Assembly (NCBI GenBank): GCA_003971905.1
Contig: RSEE01000029.1
Coordinates: 62,001 to 126,000, forward strand
Length of the DNA: 64,000 nt
Source of the DNA: Moniliella sp. 'wahieum'
Taxonomy: Eukaryota
Reading direction: 5' to 3'
The position numbers and the translations under genes were made by a program. This document shows positions 49,208 to 63,474 of this stretch, one piece after another (position 1 is the stretch's first letter; every line of letters begins with the position of its first letter). Under the pieces are notes generated by a model. The model searched no databases, was not told the origin of the DNA, and saw nothing but the letters and a program-made list of their open reading frames with translations.

Positions 49208-52197
49208 ATGGACGAGTACGACGAATTGTACGTTCCCCTCCCTCTGTCCGCATCCGCCGCCTCGGCTAACCCGACCCAGCGGCAACTACCTCGGCGCACT
49301 CTCCGACTCGGACTCCGGCTCGGACTCGGACGACTCCTATGTCTCCCCGCCCGCAGCCCCGGCCCCGGCGCCCGGCGCCGCCTCCGCCACCTCTGCTTCG
49401 CCCCGCTCTATCGACAGCGCTGCGCCCGAGGAGCCATCGCTCGCGTTGATGCAGGTCGATGAGGCGCCCTCCAATGCCGTCATCCTCCACGAGGACAAAA
49501 AGTACTATCCCGATGCCTCCGAGGTCTATGGGGAGCATGTCGAGACACTGTGCAAGAAGAAGATGCCCAGCCCATCACCCAGCCCTTGGTTGAGCCCGTG
49601 CAGATCCGCCAATTCGCACTCCAGAGGCCGACTTGCCCGAGACGAGGTACGAAAAGAAGTTCCTCGTCGACCTCCTCCAGTTCCCCGACATGGTGCGCAA
49701 CGTGGCGGTCGTTGGCCACCTGCACCACGGCAAGACTTCCTTGTTGGACATGCTCGTCGAGTATACTCACAAGATGCAGGTCGATGTCGATCGCCGCTTG
49801 GGCTACACGGACGCTCTCAAGCTGGAGCGAGACCGTGGTATCTCCCTCAAAACTGCCGCTCTCTCCTCTCTGTCCTCTCCGATACGCGCGGCAAGTCCCA
49901 TGCGGTCCACTTGCTCGACACGCCGGCCACCCCAACTTTTCCGACGAGGTGGCAGCTGCGTTGCGCTTGGTGGATGGCGTGGTGCTCGTGGTGGATGTGG
50001 TGGAAGGCGTGATGAGTCAAACCGAGGCCATCATCAAGTACTGTGTGACGGAGGACTTGCCCATCGTCCTGGTGGTCAACAAGTTGGACCGGTTGATTCT
50101 CGAGTTGCGATTGCCCCCGACTGACGCTACTTTAAGATCCGCCAAACGATCGATGAGGTCAACACTGTCGTTGCCTCCGTCTCCTCCGACCCGGCACGGC
50201 GTCTGTCGCCCGAACGGGCAACGTGGCGTTTGCCAGTACCGAGCACCGCTACGTTTTTACGCTTCGCTCCTTTGCCCAACTCTACGCGCTCACCACCCCT
50301 TGGACCAACCTAAGTTTGCCAGCGGCTCTGGGGCGACATTTACTACACGCCCGCCTCGCGCAACTTTACCCGCACCCCGACCTCCGGTAGTGTCCGCAGT
50401 TTCCTCCAGTTCATCCTGACTCCCTGTACAAACTCTACACCTCGGTTTTCCTCGGAACCGGCCGAGCTCAAGAAAACCCTGGGCGGAATGGGCATCCACC
50501 CCCATCGCAAGCGTACAAGACCGACGTTCGGCCTCTCCTCCGCTCGTTCTCACCCAGTTCTTCTCTACCGGTCCCGTGGGTTGGGCGACCTGCTCGTCAG
50601 CCTGCCGAGCGCCCAAGAAGGTGCCGCGAAAAAAGTCCAACGCTACTTCCCCGCCGAGTTGGCGCCCAGCTTGGCCCAGGGCATGGCCCAGTGCGACCCC
50701 AAGGCCGAGGTGGTGGTCCATGTGACCAAGTTGTTGCCTACCGTCGATGGCCGCTCGCTTCGCGCCTTGGGACGCGTGATGAGCGGCACAGTCGAGGTCG
50801 GCATGAGCGTACGTGTGTTGGGACCTACCTTTTCACCACCCACGACGAGGAGGACATGATGCAAGCTACGGTCGAAGGCGTGTTGCTGGACCATACCCGC
50901 TACGTGCTCCCGGTCGAGGGCGTGCCGGCTGGCTCGCTCGTGCTCCTGTCTGGCGTGGAAGAGAGTATCGTCAAGTTGGCCACCGTGGTGGGCGGAACAG
51001 GTTCCGAACTGGCCATCTTCCATCCCATTCGGCAGTTCAACCAGGCCGTGCTCAAAGTCGCTGTCGAACCCCTTGTCCCGTCCGACCTGCCCAAGTTGCT
51101 GGCGGGATTGCGCGCGATTAGCAAGACTTACCCCTTGGCCGAAGTACGCGTGAGGAGAGTGGCGAACACATCCTGCTCGGCACGGGCGAACTGTACCTGG
51201 ACTCGATCCTTTATGATCTGCGTACCATCTGGGCCGAGGTGAAATCAAAGTGTCGGACCCCATTGTCCGGTTTGCCGAGACGGTGATCGAGACGAGCATG
51301 GTGCAATGCGTGGCTACCACGCCGAATGGCAAGAACAGCTTGACGTTGGTGGCGGAGCCGTTGGAAAAGGGTCTGGCTGAAGACATTGAAGCGGGCACGA
51401 TCGACATTCGCTTGCCCCCGCGCCAATTGGCCAAACTGCTCACGGAGAGGTACGACTGGGATGTCTTGGCCGCCCGTTCGGTCTGGGCGTTTGGCCCGGA
51501 CACCCAAGGTCCCAACGTGTTGGTCGACGATACCTTGCCCGGCGAAGTGGACAAGACATTGCTCTATGCGGTCAAACAGTCGATCGCACAAGGATTTGCC
51601 TGGGGTACGCGCGAAGGTCCCTTGGCCGACGAACCGATGCGCAACGTCAAGTTCCGCATCTTGTCCGCCAGCTTGGCCGACAACCCACTCCAGCGCGGCG
51701 GCGGACAAATCATCCCCACCGCACGGCGCGCATGTTACGCCGCGTTCCTCCTGGCCCAACCGCGGTTGCTTGAACCGGTGCTGGCGGTCGAAGTTCAAGC
51801 ACCCCCGAAGCCGTCGGGGACATCTACACTGCGCTCTCACGACGACGCGGGCACGTGGTCCGCGACGCACCGAAACCTGGCACACCGCTCGTCACCATGC
51901 ACGCCTTGCTACCCGCCATCGACTCGGCCGGATTCGAAACGGACGTGCGCACGCTCACCCAGGGCCAAGCCATGCCGCTCCACTCCAAACTTCTCCCATT
52001 GGCAAGTCGTACCGGGTGACCCGCTCGATACGTCCCTCGTCCTCCGCCCACTCGAACCGGCGCCCCCACTCGGCTTGGCTCGCGACTTTGTCCTCAAAAC
52101 CCGTAGGCGTAAAGGCTTGGCGGACGAGGTGAGCGCACGCGCCTACCTCGATGCCGATATGGTTCGCGCCCTTGCCGACGCTGGTGTTGAGCTATAA
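49208..52197 (+). CDS. SNU114: U5 snRNP GTPase Snu114 (EFTUD2), frameshifted in the assembly
   Basis: [106 protein letters not shown]. Confidence 0.96.
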
Positions 52198-53535
52198 CTT
52201 GTTCGCGTGTCTCATGCCTCATGTTCATGTCTCATGTCTTGTGTCCCGTAGCCTTCGTCTCACGTTGCCCTTTTCCTGGCAGCGGTGTGGCGGACCGAGG
52301 CGCAGGTGGCGGCGAGGCACGTAGCCAGCGAACTGCGGACCGATCTTCAGCTCTCTCGCCACACATTGCACCATGCCAGGCGCCCACGCTCGGCTCGTCT
52401 CCTCGTCCTCCTGCCTCCATATAGTAGCTGCTGCCGACGTTGCAGACCCCAGAGTGTAGACTAAAGATGGCAGACTGAAGAACGCAGACTAAAGACCGCC
52501 CCCCCACTCGTCCCTCCCTTTCCCTCTGAGTGGTCTCATCCTGCTGCCCGCTCCTCCCATCGACAAAGAGGCCTGAGGCCTGATTCCTGACTCTTAAAAC
52601 GTACTTAGTGAATGGAATGGCGTCCCGTTCCGCCTCTGCTGACCTAACTGACCATGCCCCGAGAGGCTAGAGACTAGGGGCTAGCGAGCGTGCGTGCGCC
52701 AGTACTCCGTGTCGTGGCGTTTCGTCACACCCCGTGCAGTGAGCTGTAGCAGAGATAGACGCCGGGTGAGGATTTGATGCGGCTGGCGAATGGGTTACGA
52801 ATTACGCGTTACGCGTTACCAGGGGCTGTCGGAAAAGGCCGCCGGTTCGGAGTGTTACATGTTACTGAGCCATGCAGTCCATCGCCGCCCCACCCACAGA
52901 GACCCCAACATCAGTGCCGTCTTACACACCTGTGGCCAACAAGAGCGTTAATGCACATGTACCACCCCGCGAGAGAGAGTGCGACCGCAGCTGGCGCGGG
53001 TTGCTACATGTTGCCTCTCTTTGCCGGGGAGGGTGGGAAAGGATGGGAAATGAGAAGAGATGTGGGCGTATTGGCACCAACTCTGCCGTGAATACCTGAA
53101 GGTCCACTGGCACAACCACGCGCTCAACTCACCAACGTGGGCAGCTGCTGCCAGTGGTTGCCAGCTCAACATGTTCAACGTTGAGTTCAACGCACTCTGC
53201 CCACCCAATCCGCACCCTCCCCGCTACCTTTGCCCAGCTCCGAGAGGAGCTCTGGGGAGCCCTCCGTAGCCATCAACTCGTGTGGTGTTGGGTCTCAACC
53301 AATATATCATCAGTTGCTCTCTTCTTTTTTCTTTGCTCAAGCAAGGACATGATGCCACGGCAGCACTCGGCCGTCTGATGAATCAGCTGCAAAGCAGCCT
53401 TCAGACAAGGCGTGGAGGTGAGGGGCGAGCCACACGTCTTCAAGCGTTGAACGTCTGAAGGGATGGAGACAGGAGAGAGCATGGGGGGCGCAGCCGCCGA
53501 GCGGCACTCTTCCGCCCGGCTAGGCGAGCGTCCCC

Positions 53536-53583
53536 AATCATTAATCATTAATCATTAATCCAACGTTCAACTTGAACGTTCAC
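53536..53583. repeat. Heptamer arrays TCA-TTAA-TCA x3 and AACGTT type
   Basis: aatcattaatcattaatcattaatccaacgttcaacttgaacgttca. Confidence 0.9.
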
Positions 53584-54240
53584 CTCAAGCAACCCTAGCA
53601 CTGGCGTCTAGCATGTATTGCGCTGATTCTTGTGGCATGTGACATGCATGTGATCTGCGGTGTTCTTCCATCTCGTCGCTCGGCTGGGGCGTGGCCGGCC
53701 GTAAGCGTAACGCGCAAACGTTAAGCGCTTAGCCTAAGCATTTTGCCGGCCAGGGCGTCCTGAGCGCCTGAGCCGCTTTAAGTCCGCGGCAGCAAATGCC
53801 AGAGCCGATGGTCGGAGCTTCGCTAGACTGCAATTCCGCTCGGCGATAGCAGTGGAAATACCAAGTGATGCATGACGCATGATGCGGAGCCGGTTCCGCT
53901 CGGCCGTGCTAAGTACTTGGTACTTGGTACTTAGTGTTGATACAGGCCGGTACCCCAACTCGGCATCCCGGCACTAGCTCGCCGACGAGCACCAGGCCAT
54001 ACGAACGAACGCAGCCACACTGATTTGCTGACCATTCCAAACACACACCCGGTGTTTATGCGTGGGTATGTCCGGCCTCAGAATCCAAAATCACCTGTCC
54101 AATTTCCAACCCCCAGGGCGAGCGGCACGCACTCAACGCGTTGGGCCGTGGCTCTTGACCTTGGGTCTCTCCCCCACCATCTGTAGCTGCCGTCGTAAGA
54201 GTGCGAGCTCCCACCTTCCGGCGTCCATATCCTCTCGCAC

Positions 54241-56140
54241 ATGGCATTCGCAACGGTTGCCAGCTTGGCCGCGGACGACCAGCTCGATGCTTCCACCATC
54301 CAATACCGCCCCGGCCCACAAGGAGAAAAGCCTATTGATGAACGGTCAGCCAGCACGATTCCTGATCCCAACCCCGTCGATGACGCATGCGACACGCAAA
54401 AGCGCAAGTTGGTCGGCTGGGGTGTTTACTCAGATGCCGACCTGGTAGAATCGTTGCCTGACCCCCTTGCGGACCCGGAAAACCCCATGACATGGGGAAC
54501 TCGCCGCTTCTTTCTCCTCCTCCTTGTTATCCAAGCCGCGCTGGTCGCCACTACTTGCAGTAGTGCCGCTGCTCTTAGCTATGGCCACGTCCAAGAAATG
54601 TTCCATGTGGGACAAGAAGTTGCAATCCTCACTGTCGCCTTGTGAGTACCCTCTTGTGAAGGCATTGAGTGGCACTAACGTGTGTTTGACTAGGTTCGTC
54701 CTTGGCTTTGGCTTGGGACCTGCCATCTTTTCTCCGCTTTCGGAGTTCTACGGGCGACGGCCCATCTACATTATTTCCTTGGGGACTTTCTTCCTCCTCA
54801 ACTTCCCTGTTGCCTTCGCCAACAATATTGCTGTTCTTATCATCTTCCGATTTCTGTCTGCATTTTGCGCCAGTGCATTCCTCAGCGTTGCCGGGGCCAC
54901 ATGCACTGACCTCTTTCCTCGGGAGGAATTGTTTGTCCCCATGTCTTTGTTTACTGTTGGGTATGTACTGTAATGTTCTCTGTCCCTTCCAAAACTAACT
55001 TGCTCTCCAGCCCGTTTCTAGGTCCTATTCTAGGTCCAATATACTCTGGCTTTGCCAACCAGTTCACTGGCGGTTTCCGTTGGACTTACTTTCCAATCAT
55101 CATTTGGTCTTTCATTCTTGTCATTGGGCTTATCTTCTTCTATCAAGAGACCTACCACCCTCTTATCCTGACGCGTCGTGCTCAGCGTCTCCGCCGCGAA
55201 ACCAACGACCCCGCTTGGGTATCTCAAATGGAACTAGATGTGGGAAGTAAAAACAAGACGCAGGTCGTTTTGCAGTTCATGCGAAGGATTCCCGTGCTCC
55301 TTGCAACCGAGTTGATGCTTTCCCTGTTATGTGCTTGGTCGGCACTTCTTCTCGGTATCGTGTACTTGCTCTTTGAGGCGCTCCCCTTTACCATGCGCAC
55401 TAAACACAACTTCAACGATTGGCAGTCGGGCCTCGTACGTGTCGCACCTTCTTTGACCTGGTGATGCGAGATACTGACATCATCCTCAAGTCATTCTCTG
55501 GTATCCTTGTAGGGGAGTTGGCAGTTTGTTCAATTCCGTATTGGAATATGAGGTACAAGCGGGCATTGGAAAAGTATAACGGAAGTCCTCCCCCAGAAGA
55601 ACGTCTATTCCCCAGTATGCTTGGGGCAATTTTGACGGTGGTGGGCTTGCTCGTATTTGGCTTGACTACCTTCAAGTCGGTCCATTGGGTGGCCCCTATC
55701 ATTTCCATCTTGCCATTTGGAACGGGGGTCATTCTTTGCTTCATGTCCATTTTCGCTTACACTGGGGAAGCTTTCCGTCCCGTTGCAGCATCTGCCATGG
55801 CTTGCAATACTTGCGTCCGTTGTATCTTCAGTACCGCCATGCCCCTCTTTGCTATCCCAGTGCGTGCATGCCTCTATCGTTTCGCTGGCATTACTGACAG
55901 TTGGGCAGATGTTTAGACGAATGCAGCCCGTGGGAGGGTCACTATTCCTCGCCGGACTCAACGTATTGATGGTGCGCAGCTCCCCCTTCAGCTTCGGTAA
56001 TTGCGATGTAAACTAACTGGCTCTAGATCCCCATCCCTTTTGTTTTTTATCGCATCGGAGATCGTGTTCGCGCTAGTAGCAAGTATTGTGCCTCCTAACG
56101 CACGGCTTGCGCGACTTATTATCCAAGTATGTGATCCAAG
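54241..56140 (+). CDS. MFS transporter, DHA1 (drug:H+ antiporter) family, about 5 introns; 3' end approximate
   Basis: DPENPMTW, FVLGFGLGPAIFSPLSEFYGRRPIY, PFLGPILGPI, RWTYF, ETYHPLIL, PPEERL, AASAMACNT. Confidence 0.93.
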
Positions 56141-56603
56141 CTCCTCAATTGTGTATAATTGCATGTGTGCATGCGGCAAGAACTGCCAGAACCATTGTCA
56201 CAGTGCTGGACCTTGTGGAGGATTTCACTGTCAGTTGGGCACGGACCAGGTGGAAAGGCCGTAAGAACTGTCTGTTAGTAGGAATGTCTAGTAGGAGGGG
56301 GTGTATTTTACAAGCGCTAGGCCACGGACCTGGCCTCCTGTGGGTAAGTAGACCACAAGAGATTGAGTTGCCAACTCGGTCCCAGCCTACACCTAGGCAA
56401 TGGGCACCCCCGTTGTCTGGACAGTAAGGAGTGGTGGAGCGCCGTGGTTGAGGAAGTGTCTCTGTATTAGCAGTCGTTCTTAGCCTCGGGGCCCTCAGGC
56501 CTTAAAATTTCCCCCCGGCGGAATATACACATCGTGGCCGCGCCCTATTCCGCCCGTTCATATAACTCGGGCATCGCCCAGTGCTTGTTGGTGAGGCCCA
56601 ACC

Positions 56604-58537
56604 ATGTCGCTGGTTGGGTACGCGTCTGACAGCGACTCGGCATCCGAGACGGAGGCCCCCACCACCACCGCCCCGGCCGCTTCCCTTCCCACTCCGAGCA
56701 CATTCAGTAACACCTTCTCTTCTGCCAATTCTGTTCCGGGCAGTAGTGCCCCCCAAGAGGAGGAGGACGATGAAAATGTCAACGACGACGATGACCTGGG
56801 CCCTGTCAACCCACTTGACGACCCGTTTGGCTTGCATCGTGTCTCGCACACCAACACTTTTCCTGCTCCAAGGATAAGCGCAAACGGAAAGCGCATTCGC
56901 CACCTACTGCACTTGTCCGCCCCTCTGCGCCAGAAGTCGAGGCTGCCCCTTCCCAGGACGAGGCCCTCACGCTCGCTCCGCAAGACTCGGCTATGCTGGT
57001 GAACTTGCCGTATGAGGTGCTGTCGCGCTCGCTCCAAGCAACAACGGAAGAAGAGATCATGCGGAAACGCCAGAACGTATGGACAGGCCATGTCGAGCCC
57101 GCGTTCCTCCGGCCCATTGACTTCCGCAATGAGCAGCGCACCTTTGATACTAAGGGCTACGCTCACGACCCAGCCCACCTGGGCGCATTTGTCGGCACGC
57201 CGTCTGGTTCGGGTGGTATGGCACTCGATCGGAATGCCGGTCTGGCCGGGGGGGAGATGCGGGCCAAGTCACGGGACATTAAGAGGAATCGCGCACAGGG
57301 GGTGACGCAAGTGTGACCGAGGGGGAGGGGGCGTACCAAGGTCCTTGGGCCGGTTGGGCGGGGGAGAAGGTGAACCTGACGGAAGGGGTAGGGCCTTCGG
57401 AAGAACAGCTGTCTGCTTCCAAGGCTAGGGAAGAGCTGCGTGCTTCGGAGAAGACACTTCAAGCCCAAAAAGAAGAAAAGGCACTAGCCAAGACCGGTGC
57501 ACCACCGGGGGAGGAACGCTCCATCTTCCATGGCGAGTCCATGTACGATTACCAAGGCCGAACCTACATGTCCGTCCCGACTGACGTGGACTCCAATTTG
57601 TTCTCGAATCCGGGGATCAGACTTGCTTCCTTCCCAAGGAGTGTGTACATGAGTTCAAGGGACACACCAAGGGTGTCTCATCAGTCCGACTTTTTCCTCG
57701 AAGTGGGCATCTCTCCTCCTCATCAAGTATGGACACCAAAGTCAAGCTGTGGGACGTGTACCATGATGGGCGGGTGTTGCGTACGTTCATGGGTCATAAC
57801 AAAGCGGTCCGGACGGCGGAGTTCAGCCCGTCTGGAACCCAGTTCCTCTCGGCCTCGTATGACCGGCAGATTAAGCTTTGGACACGGAAACTGGGCAGGC
57901 CATCCGGACTTTTTCCAATGGCAAGACACCTTATTGCGTCGCTTTCCATCCGGAGGAGGAGAAGCACTGTTTCCTCGCGGGTATGAACGACAAGAAGATT
58001 ATTCAATACGATCTGCGGTCCGGTGAGATCACCCAAGAGTACGACCAGCATCTTGGTGCGATCAACAGCATTACGTTTGTGGATCAGAACCGACGGTTCG
58101 TGAGCACGTCGGACGATAAGACGATGCGTGCGTGGGAGTGGGACATACCCGTGGTGATCAAGTACATTGCCGATCCCACCATGTACTCCATGCCGGCTGT
58201 TACGCTATCCCCGTCCGGCAAATACCTGGCCTGCCAGTCGCTCGACAATCAAGTGTTGATCTACACGGCCGACACGTTCCGCGCGAACCGCAAAAAGTCC
58301 TTTCGTGGACACAATGTGGCCGGGTACGCGTGCCAAGTCAATTTTAGCCCTGATGGTCGCTTTGTCTCCTCTGGCGACGGTGCGGGCAACCTGGTGTTTT
58401 GGGATTGGAAAACGACCCGCATCCTCAAGCGCATCAAGGCGCATGACCGCGTCGTCATCTCCCACTGTTGGTTGCCGCACGAAACGTCTCAAGTCATTAC
58501 TGGCTCGTGGGATGGGAGCATCAAGCTCTGGGCTTGA
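56604..58537 (+). CDS. PRP17: Pre-mRNA splicing factor Prp17/Cdc40 (WD40)
   Basis: [80 protein letters not shown]. Confidence 0.96.
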
Positions 58538-59441
58538 ATCTATGGGTGCATTCACTTCATCCCAACTAGAGACTTTGTTGGCTACATGACATAGGGCTGT
58601 CGGGTACATGAAAACGTAAAATGCTTCAAGTCAAGACAAACGATGTATTTGTCAGAGTCAACGCCGTCTGTTGCACATGAAAAGTTAGCAAACTTGCTTG
58701 AGCAAAAAGAAAGGTGGCAATTCAGTAGTGACCTGTTCTCGCCCTCGCGGACGGGCACACAAGCCAGTCAAGCGTACACGGGCACCCCCTCCTCAAGCCC
58801 CAGACCAAACCAGACTCGACGCTCAACGCCTGCCCCGCTTCCTCCCTTTGCTCCCGGTCCACAACAGCGCACCCCCCTCCCACTACCAAACCCCATCCTC
58901 CGTAGAAGAAAGAGCCCCATAGGGGAGTTGAATGAGCGTGGGGCTGGGCATCCAGGGCCTCGGCTAGGCGGGCGGAGCGTCGTGCCACAGTGCTCAGTCG
59001 GGAGCGAGGAAGGGGTGGCATGCACACCCGCCGTGCTTGCGTGGTGTTCCCGCCGCTTCGACGGCTCTTCCTAAGTAAACGGACACAGCCCCGTGGGGGC
59101 TTGGTCATCATCCAACGCTTCGGACGACACTTACTCACAGCAGGTGGTGGTGGCTGGCAGCAGCCGACAACCCAGCGGCGGGCGCAAAAAGAAAAACTCC
59201 TGGGCTGGGCGGCGGAACGAGTGGAGGGCGGAATGTGTCTCCAATGCCCACTGCTTGGGGCAGGCTGCTGGCTGGGCCATGCCACGAGCCACGCATGGTG
59301 TGCCGAACATGCCATCACACCCGCATCACATCCCGTCGCAGCCAAAATGAAGCCAAAATAAAAAAACCCAAATTCTTCTGCCCGTCGCGGGCGTCTACAC
59401 TTGGAGGCCACACAACACGCCCCCACCTCTGCGCCGCCACC

Positions 59442-59832
59442 ATGTCCCAATACCTCACGTCCCTCGCTCCGAACTGGACGAGGCGCAGCTGCGCGAGCTG
59501 GAGGCGTACGAGATCAGCCAGGGCCCCCTCTCGGTCCTGCAGCAGAGTGTGCGCAACAACACCCAGATCCTCATCTCGCTCCGCAACAACAAAAAGCTCC
59601 TCGCCCGCGTCAAGGCCTTTGACCGCCACTCCAACATGGTCCTCGAGAACGTCAAGGAGATGTGGACCGAGACCCCTAGGGGCAAGAACCGTAAGCCGAT
59701 CAATAAGGACCGCTTTATCTCCAAGATGTTCCTCCGCGGCGACTCGGTCGTTTTGGGTACGTTGGCTCGTTCTTTCCCCTGACACAATCGCTGACTTTGG
59801 TTCTGCTAGTGCTGCGCAACACAACCGCCTAA
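59442..59832 (+). CDS. SMD2: Sm core protein D2 (intron about 59757-59809)
   Basis: [50 protein letters not shown]...[20 protein letters not shown]. Confidence 0.97.
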
Positions 59833-60542
59833 GCTTGGCAAAATCTACGTGTCGTGTGTTGATCATCTTCTTTGAGAGCGGGAGGCGGGCACGCATGGTG
59901 GTTTATTGGCGAGGAGCGGCTATGACAGACAGTCCTGTGGGTTTGTAGTCACGGACCAATCTCGTGGACCAAGATAGACTCGGGTGAAGTTCCTGCCCTA
60001 CTCGCTCAGTCCGTCATGGAGGAAGCGCACTGCTCGGTCCAGGGCGAGTCGAGAAAAGGCCTTAGCACTATTGTGACATCCGGCAGTACGAGATGCTGTC
60101 TCCATCGTCTTTTCTCCCCGCCGCGTTAGAGGATACATAAGCCAAATTCTTACGCGTACTCGCACCTCCGATCCCTATAGATCCGAACGCCATACTCACA
60201 GCTATCTTGGCACCACCGGCTGTCTCCCGTCGGGGAAGGAGATACATTCCACTAGGTCAGGCGCATGCATTCCACTAGCTTAAATTCACTCGCCAGCCAC
60301 TCAACAACATCTATCCCGGCCAGGGCCGTGTTGAGGAACACGTCTGGGCGCTGAAGTGCGACAGGTTGGCGGGAGGGAAGCGAGCGCCTTTTCCCTGACA
60401 GGTTTCTTCGTGGACAGGGAAAGTGGACGTTATTGAAAGCAGACCCGAATAATGGAAACCATGGATCACTTCTTGATTAATCGCTAGTACATTAGACTCG
60501 TTGGCGTAGCATACTCATAGTGGGGATAACTTCAAAGGCGCA

Positions 60543-62969
60543 TCAGTCTCGTGGGGTAGCTACCCGTCTGCGCGGTCGCTTGGGTAACGAGGCGGTGATG
60601 TCCACCACTTCCCCGTCTCCATTATCTTGCTCTCGTGCCCGTCGCCGGGTGCGTGTGCCAGCCGAGGGCGGCACGCTGCTGTCGGCTGGAGGCGGAGCGG
60701 CGGGACCAGAGCCCCCTCGTGTTGTAGCGCGCACATCCCCATTCATCAGCGCGTCAAGTCGTGCGCGTTCTTTGCGTTCGTTGGGATCATCGTAAGACAT
60801 GATCGCCTGGGTCTGTGCGGGCTGCTCTTCCGGGGAGGGCTCTCGATTGGCATTGGGCAGCGGCAGCGGCGGCGGCGGCAGCGGCAGCGAACGTGTCTTG
60901 GTTTCCATCATGGGGCGCGGCGAGGTGGACTGCCTCCAGGTCGGTGGGCGCGTGCGCCGGCGCCCTTTGCCGTCCGAGAGCAGGGCATGGCGCAGCTGAG
61001 ATCCTGTCGGGCCAGGGGCGGACACAGGACGATGTGGAAGGGGAGCCAAGCGTGCTGGAACGAACGTTGATGGCAGAGCCGTGGGCGTGGGCATTTGGGA
61101 AGGGCCCAATTGCGAGGCGCTGGATTGTGAGGCTCGTTTGGTGCTAAGCGAGGTAACGGTAATGGGTTGATCACACCTTCTTCATACATTCGTTGGAGGA
61201 ACTCGAGGCCCACCACATGAGCTTCGACCCGCCGTGCCATTTCCTTCTTGGGCTGAGATGGGTTCTCATCGCCCACAAGGAGATGGGTGTTGAGCCGACT
61301 GAACGCAGGCGTCATCTTGACCCCCATTCGTTTGGCCATCGTGTCAATATTGTGTCGCACAGCGCCTCCAAGGGGAAAGCCAGTGGAATGGAGCACCACC
61401 CCTTCAGCCCCAGGGACAGGGAAGGGTATCCGCGTAGGTGAATAAAAAAATTGATCCTTGACATCCACCTTGCGGCCCACTGCTGCGCTCTCCTCCAACC
61501 ACAGATGCGTAACCAGAGTTCCATCCTTATCTGTCCCATCGAGGGAATAGCTAAGTGGAACAATCGTATACTCCGCCTTCTCCCCAAGGGGAACAAGATG
61601 GGCACCCATCCGAGTTAGGCTGCTTAACACTTCCTTCTTCTCGTCCAGTTTGGCGTCCACTCGTATCCTGACTCTTCGAGGAAACGCCCGTCAAGGACCG
61701 GCGCGGAAGTCATTGGACTGGTGTCCACAGTCGTCGCAGACTCTGCCCAAGAATCACTCTCTTTGCCCTTGCTAGGCAACCCGTCGTCCCACTTGGATGA
61801 TTCGAGGGAAGTCTTGCGCGCTGGTGCCGATGGTTCCTGCACAATGCTGTCCACCAATCTTCGCTTGGATGAAGTTTCCTTGTTCTTGAGAAAGAGGGCA
61901 TCCGGGCCTAGCCCATGCGGGGCCCGTTCCTGGCGCAGCTTTTCCTGCGCTTTCTTCCTGGACGTAGCATACGACTGCATGTGTTTCCGCCTTTCTTGAA
62001 CGGAGGGTGGATGAAGCGGGTCATAGGGTTCCTCCCCTATGCATAATTTGGCACGCTCGCAGTCCTCCACCCAAACCGCGTCGACAAATTTGAGTTCCAT
62101 CGAACTGCGGCGCGAGCCTTGCGATCTACCTTGCGACTCGCTCTCGCGCAGCTGGCTCGTGATGGTCTTGATGTATCCTGCCTCGGCTTCGAGAAAGAGG
62201 ACGTGGCTCGTCTTGGGAGGTAAGGAGGCACCCCTGAGCACGACGCAGTCTGCCCCCAACGATTTGACTTTTTCCACCTTGGCCTGCACCCGTGCATTAT
62301 CCTCCGACGCTGATGCTGGTCAGTCAGGTGCACAGGAGAGTGGGAGGGGACGTACCCTGTGTGACTAATGCAGTCCGCAGGCCCTGCAGAGGGCGCAGAG
62401 GGTACTCCTCCGCCATGCGCAACGCGTCGCACTCTTGTCCTTCGACCCAGCGGAGCCTTACAGCTTTAATCCACTTGGGATCCACCACTGTCATGCCATG
62501 CAGGATGGCCTGGCGGTACTTGGCGCTGCCCACCTGAAGAGACAAGATGGGTAGCGACAATGGTGAGATCAGGCTGGGTCTTTGCACCCAACGCTTCGGC
62601 ATGCTCCACCAGCTCCGCCTTATCAGCAGCTGGGATGCCAGTGAAGGCAATCACGAGACCAGCCAGGGGACCAGCAGGTTTGGGAGCCGCCACCGGCTCG
62701 GGCTCGGACTCGGGCTCGGACTCAGACCCCACCAGCACCGCTCTTCGCTCCTCGGCCATGTCCGCTTCGTCATCGTCGTGGCGAGGGGCGGGGCAGGGCG
62801 ATTCCTGGCGCCAGGCACTTTGGTGCTGAGATGGCCGCGACGTGTGCCTCGCCGGTTCATGGTCGGCCTGGTGGTTGGGTTCGGGCACACGTGGTTGATG
62901 TGGGCCGCCAGTGTTGTTCTCCCCCAACACGAACATACTCGGGTCGGCAGGACGCGGGCCATAGGCATG
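60543..62969 (-). CDS. Multi-BRCT protein, Dpb11/Rad4(Cut5)-like; limits approximate
   Basis: PLAGLVIAFTGI, THL, SAKYRQA..VVDPKWI, RPLQGLRTAL, FVDAVWVEDC, LVTHLWLEES, STGF...NTHLL, MSYDDP. Confidence 0.8.
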
Positions 62970-63061
62970 GGGGTTTGCTTTTATTTTGTTTTTGTTTTTT
63001 TTTAAAAAATTGAAAGTGTTGCCACCTGTCATGAGCAACTTTGGCAGAAGTAATAAAAAGA

Positions 63062-63145
63062 CGTTCCATGTTGGGCTCGAACCAACGACCTCCCGATGGC
63101 CGTGAATTAACAGTCGGACGCTCTAGCCAACTGAGCTAATAGAAC
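63062..63145 (-). tRNA. tRNA-Asn(GTT), intron-containing
   Basis: Reverse complement GTTCTATTAGCTCAGTTGGCTAGAGCGTCCGACTGTTA-[intron]-ATCGGGAGGTCGTTGGTTCGAGCCCAACATGGAACG. Confidence 0.93.
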
Positions 63146-63447
63146 GGATGTGTCTGTTGTCCATGAACTCATTTCCACTTCTTTGGGGTCACCTGACCTG
63201 CCGGTCTGACCAGCCTCCCTCCTCTCTTCGTTTGCCTGTGATGGTTTCTTCTGAGCTACCTCCTTTACATTAACAGAGCTGGCCATTTTCTCCTGGTTTA
63301 CTTGGTGTGCACGTAACAACTGCACCTGTCATTATACTGGGAGTGGGGTATACACGGCATGCAGCGTGCCGCACTTCAAGCTTCATCGATCATCCTTCAT
63401 CGATCATCCGAAGCACCCCTCTCGTTTTGTGGATGCATGGGTGACCA

Positions 63448-63474
63448 GTGACATGTGACATGTGACATGTGACA
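63448..63474. repeat. Heptamer array (GTGACAT)4
   Basis: gtgacatgtgacatgtgacatgtgaca. Confidence 0.95.

Noticed and set aside
59950..60520. Donor-like sites on the minus strand suggesting extra exons downstream of the BRCT gene
   Set aside because: I could not assemble a credible reading frame; needs RNA-seq.
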